DNA of 64,000 nt from Trypanosoma brucei (taxonomy: Eukaryota), in the NCBI GenBank assembly GCA_000002445.1, contig CH464491.1:3072001-3136000 (forward strand), in the 5' to 3' direction. Positions 42,464 to 52,547 of this stretch are shown piece by piece. Both the position numbers and the translations under genes were made by a program. The notes beneath the pieces are model-generated. The model made no database searches. It worked only from the letters and a program-made list of their open reading frames with translations, and was not told where the DNA came from. How positions within the stretch are numbered: position 1 is the stretch's first letter; each line of letters begins with the position of its first letter.

Positions 42464-43513
42464 ATGGTAGCGAAGCTGCAGCACAATCCAGCTCCCACGA
42501 CACTTAACTTCTATGAGAAAAGCTTCCAACAGCTTAGTGACGTCCAACAGCGGCAAACCGGCCTTCTCATTGGAGCCGCCGTGGGAGATGCGGCGGCACG
42601 CGCCCTCGATGGCTACACGGCCGAGGAGGTTGCCGCCGTCGCAGCTGAGAGTGGGTCATTGCAGGATGAGGACGAAGATCCCGTAGTATTCGCTTCTGTT
42701 ACCCCACGTGAGCATAAGTCTGGTTTGCTTCGTCACCACTCTTACACGTTTTACCTCTTTTCACAGCTACTGCGGGTCATGGCTACTTCCCGTGGTGACT
42801 TCCCCGTACAATACGTGAAAAACGAATGGGTGGCCACCGCCAGGGCTCATCCTGATTGCTTTGTCCGCGAGCACGCTTCACTGCTGCATGTTTTGTGCAT
42901 CACCATGCAACTACCGGTCATTTACCCATGGGCTGACGACAGCACGTTGCGTGAATACGCGAGTGACTTTTTGGAGTTCCTCACGGAAACGCCGGCGGAA
43001 CGGGCAGTCGCCTCACGCGAAGACGTGTATGCCTACACTAATAGTGTCTTGGGCGTTGCTCTTCGCTGTCTGCAAAGTAATCCTGATCCGTATCGGAATG
43101 CCGCATTTATGGCCGCTCCCGGGACCGCTCATGTCTTTCCCGACGACCTGGCATTGTATTGCCCACCGGCTCTGGTGGGATCTTCACACTCTCGTACCGA
43201 AGAATTAAGTGAAGCAGACAGCAAAACAGTTCCCTTGTTTCCTGCGCGGCTCCTCGAGAGCGATGTACGCGTCGTGCGTGAATGTTTAGTTGTGGCGCGA
43301 GGGGCAGCATCGTTCGCCGAGGGCATTAAAGCAGCCATTCACCTCGGTGGACCCGTCTGTCAACGTAGCCTTATTGTAGGTGCACTACTTGGAGCACGAA
43401 TGGGAGTCCGCCGCATTCCCATAAGCTGGTTAAGTGCGACCTACGACCATGTCCCCCTCGTCACACTTGCGTTGCAGGTTGCACAGTGGAGTTGGAATCC
43501 ACCGCACCACTGA
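42464..43513 (+). CDS. ADP-ribosylglycohydrolase-fold protein, probably non-catalytic (metal-binding motif lost)
   Basis: The N-terminal GLLIGAAVGDAAARALD matches the ARH family GxLxGxAxGDAxG motif. The C-terminal GGPVCQRSLIVGALLGARMGVRRIPISWL matches the family motif GGDTDT(I/N)AAIAGALxGAxxGxxxIPxxW. The DTDT divalent-cation ligands are replaced by PVCQ. Confidence 0.6.
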   Translation: MVAKLQHNPAPTTLNFYEKSFQQLSDVQQRQTGLLIGAAVGDAAARALDGYTAEEVAAVAAESGSLQDEDEDPVVFASVTPREHKSGLLRHHSYTFYLFSQLLRVMATSRGDFPVQYVKNEWVATARAHPDCFVREHASLLHVLCITMQLPVIYPWADDSTLREYASDFLEFLTETPAERAVASREDVYAYTNSVLGVALRCLQSNPDPYRNAAFMAAPGTAHVFPDDLALYCPPALVGSSHSRTEELSEADSKTVPLFPARLLESDVRVVRECLVVARGAASFAEGIKAAIHLGGPVCQRSLIVGALLGARMGVRRIPISWLSATYDHVPLVTLALQVAQWSWNPPHH

Positions 43514-43969
43514 AAGGGTGGGATGGGACACCGCGTCTCGAGGGTTAGGGAAAGGGGGGAAATGGAAATAAGAGGAACTGACCTTGACCTTCTCCCTTGT
43601 CCGTTACGGCTCTGCTTGCCATTGGGCTGCATTGTCTACTCAAAATGTGAGTATGAGCAGTACAGGTTAATTATTTATGCTTTAGGTAAGTTATTTTCGT
43701 GTGGGGGTGGATGCACTCCTTTTTTTTCTTTTGTCTTTTTATAATTCTTATAGTAAACTCGTGTCGTGGACACTCGGGTGCTCCTCTTCCTGATTGTAGT
43801 AGAGGGAAGAAGTCCGCAGAAACTCAAAGTAGGACTCGGGGCCCTGACCACCGCATTGGTGTAGCTCCTCAGGAGTGCAATTAGGGGATTATAGAGTAAG
43901 GGAAGGGTCCATCAGACAGAAGAGCAACTGCTGTGAATTAAAGGAAAAGAAGGGTCTAGTTGCACAACA

Positions 43970-45439
43970 ATGGGCACCGTGTCTCCGGCACGGCGTGTTG
44001 CGTCACCAGGCAAGGGAAAGCGGTCACCTTCGCGGGGGGAAACTCCAAGTGAAGGCAGAACACGACGTGCGGGGTCAAGTCCTTCCTCACGGCCGGGAAT
44101 GCAAACGGCATCGCAGCGTGCGGCAAGGAAAAAGGAGGTCCGGCGACTCCGTGATGCAGAGCTTCTTCTTGATGAAGCGCCGCTGAGCATGGTGGGAGAA
44201 CGCGCACAGGATGCACTTGAGGCAATGCTACGTGCTTTGGACATACGCCGCAACGCGTCGGCAACGCCCAAGAAAATGCAGCCGGTATGGCATCACGTAA
44301 AAGCGCTTGTTGTCACTGCTAATCGAGAGGGCCTTCGCCGCGCCTATGCCGCATTTCCGGCAGAGGAAGGTCACTACTTTTTCGGGAAGGCTCTGTCCAC
44401 ACTTGAGTATTCTGCAAGCACCGTCAACACAGCAGCGGACGGTGGTGAGTTTGCGGAGTGTCCGCTGCTTCTCAGTCACCTAATGGAGGCGACGCTCAAC
44501 AACATTGCTTTTCAACAATATATCGCGCATGAGCCTCCGGAGGCCATTTTGAAAACCCTCCAGCGGGCACTGAAGGTGCAGCACCATCAAGCGTTTAGAA
44601 CCTTGACATTGTATAACATGGCTGTTGCTTTTCTAGCCGCGCGACGGTATGAAGATGCTACAGAATTTGTTGCACGTTGCAGTCAAGTGGCCGAAGTGTG
44701 CTTGGAACTTGAAGTTTCGCTGACACGGGAGATATCATCACTCTACAAGGAATATCACACAATGGTCGCTACCCACGCCATTATGTGTCATCATTTACTT
44801 GCAGGGCTAGCAGCGTGGAGTGGAGAAAGTGACATGGAGGTGTACCACGCTCAGCTTGCTCTGTGCTGCGCAACGAAGTTCCTTGCAGAGGGTAGCGCGC
44901 TCGTCTCGCGCTGTCAGCAACGACTTACTGCCGCCAAAAGCGGAAACTCGGCAGCTGTGATTGCACAGAGTGACGAACCGCCACGTATGCAAATGATGAC
45001 CGATGACCTCGAGATTCTTGCAAGTCCACTTTTTTTACAGTTTTTACTGGAGACGCAGCGGATGCAGCGAATTGTTTTCCCACCGCTGAAGGGGTTACAA
45101 AGGCGTAAAACGGTAGTGAAACGTGGACAGAGATTAGGATCCGGTAAGTCATCGCCCGAAGTCGAGGCCGAGGACACCGGCCTCACCGGCAGCGCCCCGC
45201 ATCAACCAGCGGTCGACGGTAACGGAGAAGAAGAAAAAGCGGGTACCCACGCTTCCATCAGTTATTCAAGATCTCCGTCGCAGGGGGTCGGTGCAACCAC
45301 CGACGTACGGATTGTATGCTCCCCCGTCGCATGTATTGCCACTGGTTGTGACATGCGTACCGGAGACGGCGTACGAGTGTTACAAAGGTCTTCGCAAGGA
45401 CGTAAGGGGGCTGATGTGCTCTTTGGGTCGACTGCATGA
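43970..45439 (+). CDS. Hypothetical protein with basic S/R/P-rich N-terminus and TPR-like helical region
   Basis: 489-aa ORF in the polycistron orientation. The N-terminal 70 aa are basic and Ser/Pro-rich, and the middle carries helical-repeat-like segments (LYNMAVAFLAARRYEDATEFVARCSQVAE). The last about 50 codons overlap the next ORF (45291..) in another frame, so the 3' end and the relationship to the downstream gene are uncertain. Confidence 0.45.
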   Translation: MGTVSPARRVASPGKGKRSPSRGETPSEGRTRRAGSSPSSRPGMQTASQRAARKKEVRRLRDAELLLDEAPLSMVGERAQDALEAMLRALDIRRNASATPKKMQPVWHHVKALVVTANREGLRRAYAAFPAEEGHYFFGKALSTLEYSASTVNTAADGGEFAECPLLLSHLMEATLNNIAFQQYIAHEPPEAILKTLQRALKVQHHQAFRTLTLYNMAVAFLAARRYEDATEFVARCSQVAEVCLELEVSLTREISSLYKEYHTMVATHAIMCHHLLAGLAAWSGESDMEVYHAQLALCCATKFLAEGSALVSRCQQRLTAAKSGNSAAVIAQSDEPPRMQMMTDDLEILASPLFLQFLLETQRMQRIVFPPLKGLQRRKTVVKRGQRLGSGKSSPEVEAEDTGLTGSAPHQPAVDGNGEEEKAGTHASISYSRSPSQGVGATTDVRIVCSPVACIATGCDMRTGDGVRVLQRSSQGRKGADVLFGSTA

Positions 45440-45458
45440 ACTGAATGCTGCAGATGAA

Positions 45459-48086
45459 ATGATTGAACCGGGAACGTTGGAATCGGGATGTGGACGATCG
45501 CTCTGGAAGCTGAACGACAATACCGCGGAGAGTGCGCCGCCGCCGGGAAGGTACCTCCGAATAACTGATAGGAGACTACGCATGTTGTCCGCCCTTGTGC
45601 GCGACCTTCGCTTCGAAAAACTTCTTGAGGCCGCAATTCTGGCACAAAGCTACTGGCGGGGAATCTTGTCACGCCGGGAGAATAAACACAGGCTGCCGAT
45701 GCTACAGGAACGAATGCGGCAGAGGGAAGCCGTAGAGCTTATACAACATGCGTACCGTAATCATCTTGCCACTCGCGGACCCATCAAAGAGAAGCACGAG
45801 CTTCGGGCTCACCGTCTCTTGGTACAGCGTCTAGTGGTAATTCAACGGCACCTTCGCGGTAGGCAGAGTGTAGTGGAGGAGCGAAACCGTGGCCTAGGTG
45901 TAATTGTGCAATTAAATGAAGCCATTTTAGAGGCCCGACGCCGGGTTGCGGCATCCATTGTCATACAATCTTCCTGGCGCATGTGTGCTGTCCGCATCCG
46001 CATCCTGAGGCTGCTCGCCGCCACAATTCGGGTTCAGTCCGTGTGGCGAGGTCACGTGGGTCGGGTGGAAGCACGTGAGAGGCGGGTCCGTGAGCGGCTG
46101 CGAAAGCAGGACCGATTGGCGGTGCTCCTCCGTCATGTTTATCCGGTCCAAAAGCGGTGGAGAGGTGTGCTGGCGATACGAAAGGCGAAAGAATACGTGG
46201 AAGGTTTGAAGAAAAATGTCGTGGCGTATTTAGAAGAACAAGAGAGGATAGTAGATGCCATGTGGGGTAGATTCAAGTGCGTGGCAAATGTAGAGTTGTC
46301 CGTGTTGAAGATATTGGATGTGCTGCGTGCTTACCGTTCGCGAGAGGAATGTGCTAAAATGTATCCTTCGATGCTCACGCGACGTCGCTTTTTGTTACGC
46401 ATAGTATGGAAGAAACGCGCAACTCATATTGCTGGGATCATGCGTGAGCAGCAACTAACGAAATGGATGTTGCAGCGGCGCCGCGAGGAGGTGGCGGACG
46501 CTGTTCTGCTCCTTCAGTGCGCCGTGCGCCGATGGTTTGCCCAAAGGAAAAGTATGGCCCTGCGCCGGGCGTTAGACTGGACGCATGTATGTGCCCGCAA
46601 GATACAATCCATGTACAAACGTCAAATGGGCCGCCGTATGTTCTTAGAAGCCAAGATGGCTACCAAACTGAGGGAGGAGCAACGTATGATCTCTCAACTG
46701 AGGCACTACTGCGCCTCCAAGATACAGGCAACATGGCGTATGTTCACCGTGTGGCATGAGAATAAGGACTACCTTCATTTCTTGCACCATGGTCGTCATA
46801 AATATGCAACAACTATCAGGAATGCTTGGATCACCTACAGAGAGCGGCAACAGAAGAAAGTAATCATCGGGATGCGTCTTATGGAGCACCAGCAAAAACA
46901 GAGCGCTCAAGAGCAGCTTTTGTCAGTTTTGCGTATCCAAGCCATGGTCCGCATGTTCCTCGTTCGATCCCGAATGCTGCGAGATGGTGTGCAACTGCGA
47001 CCGACGCTGGCCAAGCTGCATCGCTCCGCGAGAAGTATTCAGATGTCCTGGCGTCGACACGCTGCCTATGAGTACGTTTCGCAACTCCGCTTTTCGCGTG
47101 CGTACTACGACCAACACAAGGTGAACATGGAGTCCCTGCACACGTACGCAACCATGATCCAATCTCTGGTGCGGGCAAAGGTCATCAACCCGTGGCTGGT
47201 AGCGGTACGGGAGCTGGAGCTCGAGCAAGCTAGCACAGAAGAGAAAGAAAGAAGACGGGAGAAAATGTTAAAAACATATGCTCTATTTACAAAAGAAAAT
47301 ATGTTCCCCGGCGCAGGTAACAGACTTTCCGCATGCGGCCCCGAAGCCCTTGTGGCGGGAGGAAGAACGTCACTCGATACCGGCTCTTTTGTGACTCCCC
47401 TCCGGAACACAGGTACGAGTTATATCTCTGAGGGTCCATGTTCATTCAGTGTGAAGCTATGTGAAACGTGCGTATTGCCAACTCGGTCAGTGAGTCGCTC
47501 TTGTCTGTCGGGCACGTCGCAATCCGCAGATATTTGCGCGCAGAAGGGTGACGAGCACCAATCGTTGGACACTACTAGCTTACACCAAGTCGATGGCCAG
47601 AGATCACCCTCCTCGGACCAATTAGACGTAGTCAAGTCTTGCACCGCAAACGCTGTTCACCCGCCTTTGCGCAACATGGACACGAGGTCAACTACTATTC
47701 TCGGTTCCTTGTCAGCTATCTTTTCAGGACGCCCTGATCTGGAGGGTTCTGCCGATGGACGCAGAACCTCTGCAGGGTTGAGGGGGAGGGAAACTTCGCA
47801 TTCTTCGTGTCCAGCAGGGTCTGAGTTTGCAAGCGTCACAACATCTGAATATTCTTCCTCTCTATGCTATGATCCAGTTGTTCTTGCCGCGGTGGTTGCA
47901 TTAATTCAGCGCTGCGGTCGTGGATTTCTTTCGCGGGCTTCCACACGACGGAGCCTTCAGAAAAGTGATCGGTGGCTGGCCGCCGTTGATATACAGCGGA
48001 TGTGGCGTGGGTTCTGCGCTCGGCAGCTGGTTGAGGTTTACTACGAGTTCTACACGGAAGAGGTGGAGGTAGCCGCAGCCGAGTAA
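45459..48086 (+). CDS. IQ-motif array protein (at least 14 IQ calmodulin-binding motifs)
   Basis: Repeated [IVL]Q-x3-[RWY]-[GR]-x3-R motifs throughout, for example ILAQSYWRGILSRR, IQHAYRNHLATR, VIQRHLRGRQSV, IVIQSSWRMCAVRIR, IRVQSVWRGHVGRVE and VQKRWRGVLAIRK. The array continues with LQCAVRRWFAQRK, ARKIQSMYKRQMGRR, ASKIQATWRMFTV, LRIQAMVRMFLVRSR, ARSIQMSWRRHAAY, IQSLVRAKVI, LIQRCGRGFLSR and VDIQRMWRGFCARQ. The ORF is open from 45291, overlapping the upstream ORF. 45459 is the first in-frame ATG after the upstream stop at 45437-45439, so the true start is unresolved. Confidence 0.55.
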   Translation: MIEPGTLESGCGRSLWKLNDNTAESAPPPGRYLRITDRRLRMLSALVRDLRFEKLLEAAILAQSYWRGILSRRENKHRLPMLQERMRQREAVELIQHAYRNHLATRGPIKEKHELRAHRLLVQRLVVIQRHLRGRQSVVEERNRGLGVIVQLNEAILEARRRVAASIVIQSSWRMCAVRIRILRLLAATIRVQSVWRGHVGRVEARERRVRERLRKQDRLAVLLRHVYPVQKRWRGVLAIRKAKEYVEGLKKNVVAYLEEQERIVDAMWGRFKCVANVELSVLKILDVLRAYRSREECAKMYPSMLTRRRFLLRIVWKKRATHIAGIMREQQLTKWMLQRRREEVADAVLLLQCAVRRWFAQRKSMALRRALDWTHVCARKIQSMYKRQMGRRMFLEAKMATKLREEQRMISQLRHYCASKIQATWRMFTVWHENKDYLHFLHHGRHKYATTIRNAWITYRERQQKKVIIGMRLMEHQQKQSAQEQLLSVLRIQAMVRMFLVRSRMLRDGVQLRPTLAKLHRSARSIQMSWRRHAAYEYVSQLRFSRAYYDQHKVNMESLHTYATMIQSLVRAKVINPWLVAVRELELEQASTEEKERRREKMLKTYALFTKENMFPGAGNRLSACGPEALVAGGRTSLDTGSFVTPLRNTGTSYISEGPCSFSVKLCETCVLPTRSVSRSCLSGTSQSADICAQKGDEHQSLDTTSLHQVDGQRSPSSDQLDVVKSCTANAVHPPLRNMDTRSTTILGSLSAIFSGRPDLEGSADGRRTSAGLRGRETSHSSCPAGSEFASVTTSEYSSSLCYDPVVLAAVVALIQRCGRGFLSRASTRRSLQKSDRWLAAVDIQRMWRGFCARQLVEVYYEFYTEEVEVAAAE

Positions 48087-48727
48087 GCTTCATGAGGTCA
48101 TCACGGAAGAATAGCAGCTGCCGACGTACATAGGAAACACACCTTTCCCACCCGCTCATTCACATGCGCTGGTCACGCGTGGACTTTTGTTTAAACTTGT
48201 CTTTCTGCTGCTGGAAAGAGTGAGATGTACCCAATAAAGATGAAATGCCGTCATGGTTATCACCGCTACGGCAAGGACCGGGCGTGTAGATATATTGTAC
48301 ATGTTTCTATTAGTTACTTTTCATGTTCTACTCCTCAATCGTCCCAACATACACCCCTCTTTTTCTACTTTAAATTCCCTCCCCTGGGGGTGTGCACACA
48401 GGGCCACAACAACGCTGTATTTCCGATCTCCTTCTTACCTTCTTCATTCATTCCCTTTACTGCTACCTCCTTCTAACACCGTGGCCAGCATATCCCGAGG
48501 CTTTATATATAGGTATATACGCCGGCGTCCGGGAAGATAAGTGATTTTTTTTAAAAAAAGGAAAAAAGAAGGGGTTTCTGCTGGAGCGGTAGCAGGGACA
48601 ATCGTGAAGATAAAAGAGAAAACAGAACTTAATTGGGAAGTCGCTCTTGTGGGGAACGAAAGAGAGGAGAAAAGAGGGAAGGCGCCCGAGGGGAAAGAGC
48701 CAGAAAACTATTGGAGAGGAAGGCATC

Positions 48728-51364
48728 ATGCAACACGACCGTGACCGGTACGACAGCGAGGAAGATGATGAGGAATCTCTCCCTTTCGATGGTATTGAGA
48801 AGGCTTCTGTGCTTCAGCAGTGCCGCGTGTTCAACGACGTGCAGCTCGATATCTCAGCCTGCCTGCGCTGTTTGACGGAGTGCTTATACCTCATTTATAC
48901 GGGAACTACATTTACAGAAGCAGAAGCCACGGAACTTTTCTTTATGTCAACAAAGCTGCTTCAGTCAAATAGATCAAGGTTGCGACGGTTGCACTACGTG
49001 CTGATGAAGGAGCTCAGCCCATTTGTCGAGCAGAGCTTTATTGCATCCAACTCACTTATGGGTGACACCAAAAGCAACAATGAGTCTAATAAGCGAAATG
49101 GTATGCGTACCCTCTGCAAGGTAATGAATCCTTCACTTTACCCTTTGTTGGACCGTACCATCGTGGAGTCCCTCACGTCGCGGAGCGAGAAGGTCCTATT
49201 AGCCTCTCTCATTACAGGCTTCCACGTGGCATTGAGCCACCCCGATTTAGCGCGCAAGTGGAGTACGCAGCTGAACGAAGCCATTCGAGTGCTGGGAAAC
49301 ACGCAATACCTGACTGTCGCGATCATGCATATTATCCGCAAGAGCGACCGCGTTACTGTTAAGCGGTTCATTGAGCAGGTAAGAAATGGGGTGGTTCGGT
49401 CTCCCCTTGCTCTCTCTTTCCTCGTGAAGTTGACAACCGACGTTCTGCAGGAGGGGTTCGAGGAAGATCCCGAGGTCAAAAAATACATTGCCACTATGAG
49501 GCATAGCAGCAGTGAAATTGTGGTGTTTGACACGCTGAGGTGTATGTGTGTGGCCGGCAACGCGTCGCCGCAGCAATTTGCGTTAGTTGCCTCGGTCGCG
49601 CAGATATATTTGAACGCGAAAACCAGTGTATCGCGTTTCTGCGCCATTCGCGTTCTGCACGATCTCGCCGCAATATACCCTGACGCGGTAACACCCATCA
49701 GTTCCGATATTGAGCAGCTCATAATGGATCAAAACCGCTTCACCGCCTCTTTTGCAATGCTAACATTATTGAAAACTGGCACGGAAGCATCTGTTGAGCG
49801 GCTTATCGGTGCGCTTGGTAGTGTGGGACAACTGCGAGAATTACCCGATGAATTCAAGGTGGCTATTACACTCGAACTGCGGAGCGTGAGTGCGAGATTT
49901 CCACAAAGGTATAACTTGTTCCTCGGCTTCCTTGTCAAGCTGCTAAGTGATGATGGCAGCAGCACCTTTAAGGAAAGCATCGTTGAGGTGATTACGAGCG
50001 TAGCAAAAGCGAATGATGGCGCAAGGGAGGCCGCGCTCAAACACCTTGTCGATTATGTCGAAGACTGCGCCCACGTTAGCATTCTTCACCGAGTGCATAT
50101 GTACCTGGGCGATGAAGTTCCACGGTCCGAAAACCCAGCCCTTTTCATCCGCTATATTAACAACCATGCTGCTCTGGAGTTCCCGGAGGTGCGGGCCGCC
50201 GCCGTCAGCACATTCGCGAGAATCGCTGCCCGCGTTCCATCGCTGCGCCGATCTATTCTCCCGTTGTTGAAGCACAAATGTAGCGACGAGGATGACGAGG
50301 TGCGAGACCGCGCCATTATGTACACAAAAGTGTTCTTGCTGGGCGACGAAGACGTGATTCATTCAATGGTGACGGAGGTTTCCAATACCGTGGCCGCGAG
50401 GCGAAAGTTGATAACCCCCATGACCCCCACGCCACTTCTGGAGCCAGTCAAGCGAAGGATGTGCCAAGCGGACCACTCGACGGTGGCGGTTGAAACAGGA
50501 ATTGGTAAAGAAGCGGCTCACAGTAGCAGTGGAGGCGGTTCAGTTCCGGGCAACCAGTACTCCTCGGCAATATCGGAGGGACGTGCAAAACTACTGAAAA
50601 TCAAGCAGTTGCAGGAGCTGGGTGAACCTCGTGCGTCAAGTGAGCCGGTGCCCCTATCAGATCCCGACAGCGAGTACTTTGTAACACTCATTAAGCACGT
50701 ATATGTCGCCCATGTGGTGTTGCAATTTAGGGTCAAAAACACCATGGATAGTGTGGTCTTCCGTCGCGTTACGGTGGAGATGGACACGGAAGAGTTGGAT
50801 GCAGAGCCGCTCTATGCAATACCCATCAGCGCCATCGAGCCTGGAGCTACAGAGTATGCTTATGCGGTTCTACAATACAGCGAAGGGAGGTACCCAAGTG
50901 GGACGCTGGGCTGCCGTATCAAGTTCGCTTTACAGGAGCGTGATGGCAGTAGTGTCGCTGGTGAAGGTGAAGAAGAGTACCCACTTGAGGATTTCGAAGT
51001 CAACGTGAGTGACTTCATTACGCCAATCGATCTTGGTGAATGTTTTCAACAGAAGTGGGAGGAACTTCGGCAAGAGGAAACATGTGGGACGTATGCCTTG
51101 AGCTCCATGCGCAACCTCACTGCTGCCGCGCACGAGCTGGTAGAATTCTTCGGCATGCATGTAGTTGGGGGGAAAGTGGATAAAATTACAGCGGCATCCC
51201 ATACACTTCTTATGTCGGGAAGTATGGTAGATGGCGCAAGTTCGCTCGTGATGATTAACGCTCGTCTGTTCATTGCCACAGACAACACTGTGGCCCTGCA
51301 ACTAACTTTGAGGGGTGGTAGTTCCGAATTGCGTGAATATCTCTCTGGTGCGCTGCTGTCGTAG
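48728..51364 (+). CDS. COPG: Coatomer (COPI) subunit gamma
   Basis: The ORF-track ORF begins at 48647, and I place the start at the ATG at 48728 (MQHDRDRYDSEEDDEESLPF). The N-terminus EKASVLQQCRVFNDVQLDISACLRCLTECLYLIYTGTTFTEAEATELFFMSTKLLQSNRSRLRRLHYVLMKEL aligns with COPG [73 protein letters not shown]. An adaptin-N-like HEAT trunk follows, then a C-terminal appendage. The product is about 878 aa. Confidence 0.85.
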   Translation: MQHDRDRYDSEEDDEESLPFDGIEKASVLQQCRVFNDVQLDISACLRCLTECLYLIYTGTTFTEAEATELFFMSTKLLQSNRSRLRRLHYVLMKELSPFVEQSFIASNSLMGDTKSNNESNKRNGMRTLCKVMNPSLYPLLDRTIVESLTSRSEKVLLASLITGFHVALSHPDLARKWSTQLNEAIRVLGNTQYLTVAIMHIIRKSDRVTVKRFIEQVRNGVVRSPLALSFLVKLTTDVLQEGFEEDPEVKKYIATMRHSSSEIVVFDTLRCMCVAGNASPQQFALVASVAQIYLNAKTSVSRFCAIRVLHDLAAIYPDAVTPISSDIEQLIMDQNRFTASFAMLTLLKTGTEASVERLIGALGSVGQLRELPDEFKVAITLELRSVSARFPQRYNLFLGFLVKLLSDDGSSTFKESIVEVITSVAKANDGAREAALKHLVDYVEDCAHVSILHRVHMYLGDEVPRSENPALFIRYINNHAALEFPEVRAAAVSTFARIAARVPSLRRSILPLLKHKCSDEDDEVRDRAIMYTKVFLLGDEDVIHSMVTEVSNTVAARRKLITPMTPTPLLEPVKRRMCQADHSTVAVETGIGKEAAHSSSGGGSVPGNQYSSAISEGRAKLLKIKQLQELGEPRASSEPVPLSDPDSEYFVTLIKHVYVAHVVLQFRVKNTMDSVVFRRVTVEMDTEELDAEPLYAIPISAIEPGATEYAYAVLQYSEGRYPSGTLGCRIKFALQERDGSSVAGEGEEEYPLEDFEVNVSDFITPIDLGECFQQKWEELRQEETCGTYALSSMRNLTAAAHELVEFFGMHVVGGKVDKITAASHTLLMSGSMVDGASSLVMINARLFIATDNTVALQLTLRGGSSELREYLSGALLS

Positions 51365-52547
51365 GCGTGTTTTCGCAATCGACGACTAACTGTGCTTAAT
51401 TGTGCCGCAGTTTTCAGCGAACAGAACACTACCTTCGTTTTACGTGTTTGCATACACACAAGCCGCGTAGGCACACACCGACGCCAAGCCTTCGTTTTCG
51501 TGTAGGCATGTATTTTTGGAGGTTTGTCTTTCGACACTCTTTGCATTCCATCTGTGATTGTGGAGAGATGAGATAGTGCATGAGGAACCGTCAAGAAGAG
51601 AGGATAAATTGGGGATGGTGTGTGACGGATTGTCATTTGCATTGAGGCACGAAAACTGGGGAGGGAAACATGCCAGGGATGCGAGAAAGTCACCAGGTGG
51701 CGCGGTTCTCCCAGTGTTTCTTCTTTCCCTCCGTGCTCTTTTTCTGTGTGCATTTCCAAACGTGCAGACCATTCCCTTCTACCTCGTTACTTCCTTCATT
51801 GCATTTGGTATGGTGTTGTTGCCGTGCCGGTGCGCGGGGCTTCGTGTCTTTTGTATTCCTTACTCTATATTGCTGTGCCGGTCGGTCGCCAGTAACCTAG
51901 GATGTTGCTGGCACTTTTTCGCTTGCTTGTGGCACAGTGGCCTGTGGGAGAGGGCGAGCTATTTAAACTCGTCCATAAGAAGAGGGAGAAAAAAATAACA
52001 GAAAGGAAAGAAAATAAAAAGGGTCCGCTGAGGAATTGAAAAGAGGTGACTGAACATACGAAATTACGCGACACAAGGAGAGGAAAGGGGTAATACGAAG
52101 AAAAACGAAACGAGATGCAAAAGAAATATATATATACTTATTTTAGAGGAGGTCTTAGTGCTTTTAATACCTCTGCTGTTAATGGAAGGATGGCGGAGGC
52201 AACCAAACAGGCAGCAGGATTATGATGTGCGGCAGTTTGGTGTGTGTGCTAAGAATTTGTCAGAATCGTCCTGCATCATCCGTTTGTGAGTGTGTTTGTG
52301 CGTACGCATTCGTGCTCGAAGGACGTATGGGGTAATTCCCTTGTTTCTTTCTACCATTGTGCCAATAAAAATATATCTCGCCTCCTCAAATTTTCCTCGT
52401 CTTCCCTCCACATGTGCGTTTCCCCCCAGTACTCACTGGAGCGCACTCAATCATCGTGATAAACATACGTGGACATACACGTCAGGCGCTGCACTGAGGG
52501 TATTTCGCATAACGTAGAATTAGAGTGGCCAACTTCAGAAGCTGTCG

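Noticed and set aside
43970-48086. Considered calling the 43970 and 45291 ORFs a single fused gene
   Set aside because: They are in different frames and I cannot see the causative indel by eye. Reported as two features with the conflict flagged instead.
51046-51772. 237-aa and 110-aa minus-strand ORFs overlapping the COPG 3' end and the following spacer
   Set aside because: No motif, and they run antisense to COPG for part of their length. The remainder is CT/GA-rich spacer, so they would be the only minus-strand genes in a uniformly + strand array.
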